Positions 22,806 through 30,496 of a stretch of 32,000 nt of DNA are shown piece after piece (position 1 is the first letter of the stretch; each line of letters starts with the position of its first letter). This DNA comes from Ignicoccus pacificus DSM 13166 (lineage in GTDB: Archaea; Thermoproteota; Thermoprotei_A; Sulfolobales; Ignicoccaceae). The position numbers and the translations under genes were made by a program. The notes beneath the pieces were generated by a model. That model ran no database searches. It was not told where the DNA came from and saw only the letters and a list, made by a program, of their open reading frames with translations. The stretch covers positions 420,001 to 452,000 of the forward strand of contig CP006868.1 of assembly GCA_025340205.1 (NCBI GenBank). Direction: 5' to 3'.

Positions 22806-23870
22806 ATGGTGTACGTGTGTGGGGCTAAGGTATATCCGGTCGGAAGGCACTACGATAAGAGCGTAGTTGACATGGCCCTAGAGGTCAGCGGACCCCTAGT
22901 TAGGGAGTGCGGCGAGCCGGAGGCAATCGTGTTCGCAACTTACCTAAGTCCCTTCCAGGAGGACTTCGACAACCACGCTCAGCTCTTCGCGGAGTATCTG
23001 GGTACGGACGCAGAGGTCTACACCGTTGCGTCCGGCGACGGCTCCGGAGGAGCGGCTATTTCCTTAGGCGAGAAGCTGGTTAAGGCGGGCTACAAGAGGG
23101 TTCTGGTGGTGGGATCCGACAAGACCAACGACTTCCACTCCAAGCACGCGGTCGAGCAGCTAACAACCCTCATAGCCCCATACGAGAGGTATTACGGAAC
23201 TACCTACTCCTCAGTCCATGCCTTAGCAGCTAGGCTTTACATGAAGAGGTTCAACTTGAGCAGAGAGGAGCTCTCCCAGTGGGCGGTGGTAATGCACTCC
23301 AACGCTATTGACGTGCCCCACGCTCAGCTGAGGTTCCCAGTTAAGATAGAGAAGGTGTGTTCCTCTAACGTGATATCCGAGCCTCTAAGGCTCTTGGACG
23401 CCCATCCCTTCAGCGACGGCGCAGCTGCGGTAATGCTAACCTCCGAGAGCTCGCCGGTGGAGCTTAGGACTGCCTCCGCATCCTCCAAGTTAACCGTGGC
23501 TAATAGGGACCTAACATTCATGGACTCTACATACAAGGCCATGAAGAAGCTCGGGGTAGATGGAGTTGATGCCGTAGAAGTCCACGACGCCTTCAGCATA
23601 GCTGGCCTGATAGCCTTGGAGTCCTTGGGGCTCGCCGAGAGGGGGAAGGCGATAGAGCTCCTGAACGAGAGGCCTAAGGAGATCAATCCGAGCGGAGGGC
23701 TGAAGGCGAGGGGGCATCCGATAGGAGCGACCGGAGTATATCAAGTAGCGGAGGGCTTCTCGGCGATAACTGAGGGCTTGGGGAGGCTCGGAAAGGTTAG
23801 CAGTTTCTTGACTCACAGCACCAATTTGATGGGGGCTTCCACGTACTTGACATACTTGAAGGAGGTGTAA
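22806..23870 (+). CDS. Thiolase-fold protein (archaeal acetoacetyl-CoA thiolase family) lacking the nucleophilic Cys
   Basis: Thiolase motifs are present: FSDGAAAVML, VEVHDAFSI and NPSGGLKARGHPIGATG. At the position of the C-[AG]-S-G nucleophile motif the sequence is D-G-S-G (VASGDGSGGAAISLG, codon GAC 23037-23039). Confidence 0.75.
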   Translation: MVYVCGAKVYPVGRHYDKSVVDMALEVSGPLVRECGEPEAIVFATYLSPFQEDFDNHAQLFAEYLGTDAEVYTVASGDGSGGAAISLGEKLVKAGYKRVLVVGSDKTNDFHSKHAVEQLTTLIAPYERYYGTTYSSVHALAARLYMKRFNLSREELSQWAVVMHSNAIDVPHAQLRFPVKIEKVCSSNVISEPLRLLDAHPFSDGAAAVMLTSESSPVELRTASASSKLTVANRDLTFMDSTYKAMKKLGVDGVDAVEVHDAFSIAGLIALESLGLAERGKAIELLNERPKEINPSGGLKARGHPIGATGVYQVAEGFSAITEGLGRLGKVSSFLTHSTNLMGASTYLTYLKEV

Positions 23871-23874
23871 TGGT

Positions 23875-24264
23875 ATGGACATAAGTCCAGCTCGAATTTG
23901 GAGGGAGAAGCCCTTCTCCTACAGGCTAGAGGTACTAGAGTGTCCGAAGTGCAAGAGGAGGTACGTCGGAAACGTGGAGGAGTGCCCTAAGTGCGGAGCT
24001 AAGCTCGAGAGGAAGAGGCTTCCTAGGAAGGGTAGGGTAATAGCGTGGACCAAGGTGGTGCAAGTCCCGGAGTTCGCGGAGGACTTCGCTCCCCTTTACA
24101 TAGGATTGATCGAGCTGGAGGACGGAAGCAGGGTCGTGGCAAAGCTCGTGGATGTAGTGGAGCCGAGCGATGGGATGGAGGTTGAGGCGGTCCTCAGAAG
24201 GGTTAGGGTAGACGGTCAGACGGGACTAATAGAGTACGCCTTGTGCTTTAGACCAATACTTTAG
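23875..24264 (+). CDS. DUF35 protein (Zn ribbon plus OB fold), scaffold of the archaeal thiolase/HMG-CoA synthase complex
   Basis: It has CPKCKRRY...CPKCGAKL followed by an OB-fold-like C-terminus. GGAGGTG lies upstream of the ATG. Confidence 0.8.
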   Translation: MDISPARIWREKPFSYRLEVLECPKCKRRYVGNVEECPKCGAKLERKRLPRKGRVIAWTKVVQVPEFAEDFAPLYIGLIELEDGSRVVAKLVDVVEPSDGMEVEAVLRRVRVDGQTGLIEYALCFRPIL

Positions 24265-24347
24265 GAACCACAATGCCTTTTTCTAATCTTCCGCTATAGT
24301 GGTTAACGCATATACCCATGTGTATTATGAATACCAACGTAGTACTG

Positions 24348-26570
24348 TTACTGTTCCTCGACCTCGAAGATGTAGACTCTACCGTTCCCTAGACCGATAG
24401 CAATTTTATCTTGTTGCCAAGCAACACTTAGAACATAGCTTTCAAATTCTCTTTCTAATATCTTATTTCCATTGATATCAAAAATATGAATTCTTTTATC
24501 ATCATAATCGGCACCTAATATATATTTACAATTCGATGAAAATGCTACACTAACAGCTCCTCCACAACCTTCTCTAATACATCTACTTGCAATCCCTCCT
24601 CTTTTCCATAGTAGTTCTGGATCAATAGGATCATTTAAGTTATAGAGATGAATATGATGGATAGTACTTAATGCGAGATAACGACCACAGACTTGAACAT
24701 CCCGGACTTTTTCGTCAAACGTAATCGTCCTAAGCTCATCTCCGCTAGGGAGCTCAAGGATTGTTAGAGCATTAATACCTTCGCTATGCCATTCGAACCT
24801 TGGTACATAAATATATTTGCCATACACGGCAGGACCGTGTGGAATCCATGGTATTTCTACGTCCCAGATTTTTGAACCATCGAAAGTGAAGTAAGCTAAC
24901 TTTGATCTACCGACCAAGAAGCCTTCTTGGAGAATCGTAATGGCCCAATGATGTGAATACCCGACACGTATCTGGTCCCAAGCTCCCCTCTTCATATCAT
25001 AGATGTAAGCGCGATCATTTCTATTTACGAAGCCGAACTTATTACAGCAGTAGGAAACATCACTCATCCGACCTCCTCCACATTCCCTTGCGATCAATTT
25101 CCCATCTTCATTGAAGACGTAGGCACACCTTCTTGTTGCTACTCCCAATTCTCCATTATTTGAAAAAGTAGTAGCGTAAACTTTACCTCCTGTGGTTCCG
25201 AATCTGTACTTTCGGAGCTTCTTTAATGACAGTTTGTTCACTTTAAGTGATTCAATACAAGAGTTCGGTCTCGAACCCAAGTATATACATTTTCCCAAAA
25301 GATAGGCTCTTTCATCTTCGAACCTTTTAATGACTGAGAGACACATTTTTGCATCCCTAATCTTGTAGTAGCAATAAAATAACCCTTCTCTTTGGTAATT
25401 ATTCAAGGAATCAAATATCTTTCGTGTAATCGTTTGGATAGGATAAGTATCTAGAGATATTTGAAATTCATAAATTTCACCGTGTTTGAACCCTACAGCT
25501 ACTTTATCTTCTTTCCACCATGCTACCGAGACAGGAGCCGCATTATCGAATATCTTTACAAAATCGATATCTCCGTTAATATTATATGCCTTGATGTTGT
25601 TAATACCAACGATTGCTAAATATTTACAGCTCGGAGAAAATGCCATATCTAGAGATCTTTCAGTTAATTCTGTTTGTAGTAGCGGTACCGGATTTTCGGG
25701 ATCGGTTATATCATAAATATAAATATGATTATTGGAGCCTAAAGCTAAGTAATTATTACAAACTTGAGCATTTAGAATATTTCTATCAAGTCTTATCGTT
25801 TTCACATTTTCTCCATTCGATATCTTTAAAACACTCAAATTCCTTCCGTTTACTACATAAATGTACTCTCCATGAATTACAGTATCATTTACCTCTTGCC
25901 CAACCTTTACATCCCATTCCTTTGTTCCGTCGAAGCGAAAACGAGCTATGCGGTATTGAGCAACTAGAAAGCCTTCTTGAAACATAGAAATTGTCGAACG
26001 GTGTAGGGTACTAACGTATAGTTTGCTCCATTTTTCGTTCTCTAAGTCATAGATATAGGCATGCGCATCATCATTTACAAACCCAAACTTGTTACAGCAG
26101 TAGGAAACGTCGTGCATAACACTACTACCGCAACGTCTTGAGATAATATTCCCATCTTGGTCAAAAATGTAGGCACATTTATCATAAGAAGCAACTCCAA
26201 GTTTTCCATTCTCAGAAAACATTAATGCCTTGACTCTACCTCCTGTCTTGTAACCCCAGATAGTCCAGATTCCCCTACTCAGAGGGCAAAACTCCACGAA
26301 GTTTTTAGATACCTTAATTGTTACGTTTTTCGCGTTACAAAACACCTTGTTCAGTAGTACATCTGATATTGATGCTTTAAGCTTTGATGAAACTCTTCCC
26401 CTCCTTTCTCTAACCTCTATTACCATTGGTCCAAGAGGGTAGCTATAATCCTCCTTGCTTACACTTCCTTCAAGGAAGTAAGTTAAAGTGGTCTCATCAA
26501 TGTTTTCAAGAACCTCGCAATAGCCCCCGTTACTTGAACAACAACAATCGAGTCTCAAGCTTACCCACAC
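24348..26570 (-). CDS. Internally duplicated beta-propeller (WD40-like, about 2 x 7 blades) protein with a Cys-rich N-terminus, function unknown
   Basis: This 740-aa protein has two units of about 340 aa that align throughout. Examples are SENGKLGVASYDKCAYIFDQDG / SNNGELGVATRRCAYVFNEDG, DVSYCCNKFGFVN in both halves, and SVAWWKEDKVAVGFKHGEIYEF / SVAWQQDKIAIGLGNGRVYIF. The gene is much more AT-rich than its neighbours. Confidence 0.7.
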   Translation of the reverse strand: MWVSLRLDCCCSSNGGYCEVLENIDETTLTYFLEGSVSKEDYSYPLGPMVIEVRERRGRVSSKLKASISDVLLNKVFCNAKNVTIKVSKNFVEFCPLSRGIWTIWGYKTGGRVKALMFSENGKLGVASYDKCAYIFDQDGNIISRRCGSSVMHDVSYCCNKFGFVNDDAHAYIYDLENEKWSKLYVSTLHRSTISMFQEGFLVAQYRIARFRFDGTKEWDVKVGQEVNDTVIHGEYIYVVNGRNLSVLKISNGENVKTIRLDRNILNAQVCNNYLALGSNNHIYIYDITDPENPVPLLQTELTERSLDMAFSPSCKYLAIVGINNIKAYNINGDIDFVKIFDNAAPVSVAWWKEDKVAVGFKHGEIYEFQISLDTYPIQTITRKIFDSLNNYQREGLFYCYYKIRDAKMCLSVIKRFEDERAYLLGKCIYLGSRPNSCIESLKVNKLSLKKLRKYRFGTTGGKVYATTFSNNGELGVATRRCAYVFNEDGKLIARECGGGRMSDVSYCCNKFGFVNRNDRAYIYDMKRGAWDQIRVGYSHHWAITILQEGFLVGRSKLAYFTFDGSKIWDVEIPWIPHGPAVYGKYIYVPRFEWHSEGINALTILELPSGDELRTITFDEKVRDVQVCGRYLALSTIHHIHLYNLNDPIDPELLWKRGGIASRCIREGCGGAVSVAFSSNCKYILGADYDDKRIHIFDINGNKILEREFESYVLSVAWQQDKIAIGLGNGRVYIFEVEEQ

Positions 26571-26722
26571 CTATCTTTTTCTCCTAATGAAACCAAATAA
26601 GTTCTCAACAGCTTGATGTCAAGCTTTAAGTACATTGGTAACCAAGAACATAAGACGGTCTTTCATCCTACTAGAATGGAAAAATTGCTTTCTAGTAATC
26701 TGTCCTCCTACTAACTGCTAAT

Positions 26723-27385
26723 TTACCACTTATCCTTCCCGATCTTAGGCCTTGGAAGAACCTTTACGGAAATCCTCCTTATCGGAATTAGGAACATCTT
26801 CAACTTCTCGAGGAGTGGGGGTCTAGGGTATTCCTCGAATCCAGCCTGACAAGGTCCCTCCTCCAGCTCAACTTCCACACACCCTTCCCTTATCATAGGG
26901 ATTTCTGGAAAGGAATACATGAAGGGGACTCCCTTCCTAAACTTACCGGCTTCTGAAAGAGTTCTGGCACACCAGGCTAAGGGCAAGGGAACCCAACAGC
27001 AATAAGTAGGTACCTCCTTCACGATGACGATGGGAACTCCCTTCTCTTCATACAGCTCCTTCGCTATCTTTAGCGGGTCTTCCAGCACCACAAAACCATC
27101 CTTCCAGAGCATCGCTGGTTCAACGAAGTACCTTCTGTTTCTTTCAACGACCATCCCCATTTGGTACTCGTTGGAAAAAGCTCTAACCAGCACATCATCC
27201 TGGGAGTAAGGCTTGGGAAGGGGGAAGACGGAGACCAGCTTCCCTACCCTTAGGTTCGCCTCAGCTCTAGAAGGTTCTATTCCGAAAAGAGAGGAAACTA
27301 CCCTAGCCTCGTCTCCAAACTCGTTCCACTTGATTACGGTTAGGTACTCCTCCAGCTCGGAAGCATGGCAGACCAAGCCCTTCAT
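26723..27385 (-). CDS. Hypothetical protein co-transcribed with the metallophosphoesterase
   Basis: This 220-aa ORF has normal codon usage and an ATGA overlap with the upstream gene. I recognise no motif. Confidence 0.5.
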   Translation of the reverse strand: MKGLVCHASELEEYLTVIKWNEFGDEARVVSSLFGIEPSRAEANLRVGKLVSVFPLPKPYSQDDVLVRAFSNEYQMGMVVERNRRYFVEPAMLWKDGFVVLEDPLKIAKELYEEKGVPIVIVKEVPTYCCWVPLPLAWCARTLSEAGKFRKGVPFMYSFPEIPMIREGCVEVELEEGPCQAGFEEYPRPPLLEKLKMFLIPIRRISVKVLPRPKIGKDKW

Positions 27386-28221
27386 TTGTATTCCCTCGAG
27401 CCTAGCCTCACCTCGACCTTGTCCTTCTCAAGGTCTATAACTGCAAAGAGCAAAGCTCCATGCTCCGCCTCGGAGCCGGGGTTAACTACAACCGTTTTCC
27501 CTATCCTTCCGTAGCCCCTAGCCTCGTGGATGTGGCCGTGGAGGCTTAGGATCGGCTGCTTTTCCTCTATCCACCTTCTCACGGAGATCGAGCCCACGTG
27601 GCCTCCCCCGTGGTAGTTGCTCTCGTCCACGACTCCCTTCGGAGGGGAGTGGCTCACCAAGATATCTGCCTCTTCCGGAAGGCACTTCCAAACGTCGTCC
27701 TCGCTTCCCTCTCTATACGTTCCAAAGGGGGTGTAGGGAACTATGCTGCAGCCCCTAATCACCATTCCATTTATCGTTAGCTCCTTGGGAGCATTCCTCA
27801 AGGCCTCGTTCATTAACCAATGATCAACGTTTCCGGGAATGATGAAGTAGTTCACATCTTTCATCCTCTCCAGCCACTCCTCAACCCTCTCCTTCGCAGC
27901 CCAAGCTAGCAATCCGGGAGCGTTCCTCTCCACTTGCCTTTCGTGAGCGTCCACTATGTAGCCTCCGGCGTTCTCGAAGGCCTCTACTCCCATGCCCAAG
28001 CTCTTCTTCCTTCCCCAAACGCACTTGCAGTAGTTGTTCTCATTGCAGACGCACTTACCGGTGAGGTCCCCCGAGACCACTAGCAAGTCCGCACTGAGCT
28101 CCTTATAGAGCTCCAAGGTAAGCTCCATTGCCTTCTTAGATCCATGAAGGTCGCTGACGTGCAGTATCCTCAAGCGTGATCCCGGCCTTGGAAGGGGAGG
28201 GAGAGTTAAGAGGTGCTTCAT
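27382..28221 (-). CDS. Calcineurin-like metallophosphoesterase with a Cys-rich insertion
   Basis: Motifs present are LHVSDLHG (DxH), VVSGDLTGK (GD), IIPGNVDH (GN-x-DH), VSHSPP and HGHIHE (GHxH). The insertion CVCNENNYCKC lies right after motif II. Confidence 0.8.
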   Translation of the reverse strand: MKHLLTLPPLPRPGSRLRILHVSDLHGSKKAMELTLELYKELSADLLVVSGDLTGKCVCNENNYCKCVWGRKKSLGMGVEAFENAGGYIVDAHERQVERNAPGLLAWAAKERVEEWLERMKDVNYFIIPGNVDHWLMNEALRNAPKELTINGMVIRGCSIVPYTPFGTYREGSEDDVWKCLPEEADILVSHSPPKGVVDESNYHGGGHVGSISVRRWIEEKQPILSLHGHIHEARGYGRIGKTVVVNPGSEAEHGALLFAVIDLEKDKVEVRLGSREYK

Positions 28222-28910
28222 TGTGGTTGGGAAATCACGATGGTTTGATCAATCTTAGCTTTATCGGCGCAACGGCTTTGAGTGGTTCCTTTTAGACCTA
28301 TTTTTACCGTCATCATTTGCTGATATTATTAGAAAGTTATTAATTAATGACTATCATTATTCTTCATCATTAGCTTTAGCTTTGTATTCACAGTGTTTAC
28401 TATTCCCTATTGAGACTTCTTTCTGTTGACTTTTTCGAGATCTAGTTTTCATCCTCTTGGCGCTTTCTCCCATCGATTCATCTAAAAACCTTCGATTGTG
28501 AAAAGACTGCATGGAAGTTACTTTCCTCTTCCAAGTTAACCACTTCCATAGATCCTCATTGCTACTCTCGTTACTTCTTATTTACCATTTTCCATGAGCA
28601 CACTTCAGAACATTTATGGTCTCCTTTCTTTCCTTCACCTTGAGCTCTATTCGATTAAGCAACTTCAAAGTTCAATTAGCTTTATGATCAAGCAATTCTT
28701 TCCATTATCACATACATGGAAACGCCGATGATAATGAACTCTTTTGTTTGACCATTAGTTTCAATTAGGTAATTCTAATTGATGGAAGTAGAGCAAAACT
28801 GTTCTCATGAAAGCTTAAGTATTCAAAGTTAATAAAGTAACCAAATCAAGGCAATGGGAAAGGAATGGCTTATTAGTGAAAGGAAGAACTAGTTAAATAG
28901 GAGGGTCACG
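28222..28910 (+). other. AT-rich non-coding region: divergent promoter region and CRISPR leader
   Basis: About 690 nt have no ORF of 60 aa or more on either strand. The region is very AT-rich and ends directly at the first CRISPR repeat. Confidence 0.6.
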
Positions 28911-29346
28911 GAAGAGTTACAATAGTGAATGGAAAGTTGGAGACGAAGGCATAGATGCCTATCGATTTCGTCCCGGCAGGAAGAGTTACAAGAGTGAATG
29001 GAAAGTCTAATCCATCATTCCATCCATTATATTACTAGACCCGCCCGAGAAGAGTTACAAGAGTGAATGGAAAGAACTTCTTTAAGAAGTCCTTGAGTTC
29101 GTCGCTGAAGTCTATGAAGAGTTACAAGAGTGAATGGAAAGTGAGTTATGCGAGCTATGAAGCTGAGAACCTCTCCTATTTCAGAGGAATCACAATAATG
29201 AATAGAAAGAAATCGTATTCATAGTTCTCTCCAATAAATCCCAGAAGAGAAGGAGGAGTTATAATAGTGAATAGAAAATAGGTCAGATCCAAAGCGATAA
29301 TGCTCGTACTAATTACTTTGGAAGAGTTACCATGAATTACATCGAC
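28911..29346 (+). CRISPR. Small CRISPR array: 4 intact 26-nt repeats plus 3 degenerate distal repeats, with spacers of 41-43 nt
   Basis: - The repeat is GAAGAGTTACAAGAGTGAATGGAAAG.
- Intact copies are at 28911 (one G->T variant), 28980, 29049 and 29116.
- Degenerate copies are at 29184, 29253 and 29321.
- The period is 67-69 nt.
- The repeat ends in GAAAG, as in crenarchaeal Cas6-processed repeats, which gives + orientation. Confidence 0.88.
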
Positions 29347-29404
29347 AGCCTCAAAGCTTCAAAACAGTAGAACGAATAGGTAAGTTACGGTCATATCTGT
29401 ACCT

Positions 29405-30457
29405 CTACTCTTCTTTACCCTCATCCTTGATTCCCTTCAAGTAAGCTATTGCCAGAGACTCCAACGCCCCGGCCAGAGCTGTTTCAGTTGAGAGGACTAC
29501 CCCGGGAGCTATATCCACCACGAAGTCCGCGAAGCGGTACAAGCCCATAGGAGTCCCCTTCCTCGATCCCAGCACGGCCTTCACCCTCTTAGCCCTCACC
29601 AATGCCTTACCCAGCTCCTCCTCCGCTTCCTCAAAGCTCTTTCCCTCCGGCTCGAAGATTACTACTACTTCCTTCTTGCCCTTAGACCCAACTAAGTGAT
29701 ACATATCGAATACCTTTAACTCAACCTTTCTCGCCTTCCCTTCAGTCCTCTTAGCTTGTTCGTACCTAGCTCTAGCTCCATCCTCCACCGCCCTTATGAG
29801 CCAAGACAGCTCGATAGCGTTTACCTCTTCAGTTAACCCAAAGTAATACTCCTTCACCCCATAGCTTTGAAGCACTCTCCCTATCCTCTTCCCCAGCTCT
29901 TCAACGCTCTTCCTAGGCCCTAAGTAGGGCTCTTGGATTACTATCAGCTTGTCAAAGAGATCCTTAACGCTCCTCTTCCCCTTCAGCTTCTTCATTCCAG
30001 CATACTCGGGATCCACTACTGCCAAGTAGGCTTCATCACCAATTATCTCAACCATTAGGACCTTCTCGGGATTGCTCAAGTCCACCTTAGCGTTGACGGT
30101 GTCTAGAACCACGGAGCCGAGCTCGGCGTTGACTTGGACCGAGGTGAAGGGGTGCTTCCCCCTCCTTACCGTCCTCACAGCGAACCTCTTCCCCTCAAGC
30201 TCCTTCGCCAACTCCCTAGCAGCTTCCCTTAGCTCCTCCAAGTCCGCCTTTGTACAAACTTGAGCCACCATCCCCCTTATTACCTCTGGCATCTCCAAGG
30301 CTTTCCTCAACGCCTCCTGAGGATCCTTACAGTTCCTCAATAGCACCAGTCCTTGGAATCCCATAGGAGCTCCTATTACCTCGCACTCTACCTCCAAGTT
30401 GTTCGCTACGTACTTCTCCATCCCCAGCTCGGTTTTCAGTATGACCGCCTTGCACAA
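29405..30457 (-). CDS. THUMP-domain RNA-modification protein with a C-terminal alpha/beta (possibly SPOUT-like) domain
   Basis: GKRFAVRTVRRGKHPFTSVQVNAELGSVVLD is a typical THUMP segment. The C-terminal VLGSRKGTPMGLYRFADFVVDIAPGVVLSTETALAGALESL resembles the knot region of SPOUT methyltransferases, though this is weak. Confidence 0.55.
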   Translation of the reverse strand: MCKAVILKTELGMEKYVANNLEVECEVIGAPMGFQGLVLLRNCKDPQEALRKALEMPEVIRGMVAQVCTKADLEELREAARELAKELEGKRFAVRTVRRGKHPFTSVQVNAELGSVVLDTVNAKVDLSNPEKVLMVEIIGDEAYLAVVDPEYAGMKKLKGKRSVKDLFDKLIVIQEPYLGPRKSVEELGKRIGRVLQSYGVKEYYFGLTEEVNAIELSWLIRAVEDGARARYEQAKRTEGKARKVELKVFDMYHLVGSKGKKEVVVIFEPEGKSFEEAEEELGKALVRAKRVKAVLGSRKGTPMGLYRFADFVVDIAPGVVLSTETALAGALESLAIAYLKGIKDEGKEE

Positions 30458-30496
30458 CCTTTAACTCCCGGCTCTCCTCAAGGGGGTAGTGAAAAC

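Noticed and set aside
28330-28650. Broken basic ORF on the minus strand of the CRISPR leader (...KCAHGKW*IRSNESS...MQSFHNRRFLDESMGESAKRMKTRSRKSQQKE...), possibly a gene remnant
   Set aside because: It is interrupted by stops, has no recognisable transposase or Cas motif, and is AT-rich low-complexity sequence that is easily open by chance. It cannot be supported without a database search.
28843-28868. Possible extra degenerate repeat one unit upstream of the first CRISPR repeat
   Set aside because: Only the 3' end (AATGGGAAAG) resembles the repeat. In-register identity is about 11 of 26, and the implied spacer (48 nt) is off-period. It is mentioned only as a note in the array finding.
30353-30496. 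N-terminal 48-aa extension of the NOL1/NOP2/Sun ORF as given in the ORF track
   Set aside because: It overlaps the divergent THUMP gene by 105 nt and its sequence (MESHRSSYYLALYLQVVRYVLLHPQ...) looks non-coding. In-frame TTG 30497 or GTG 30506 just after the THUMP start is more plausible.
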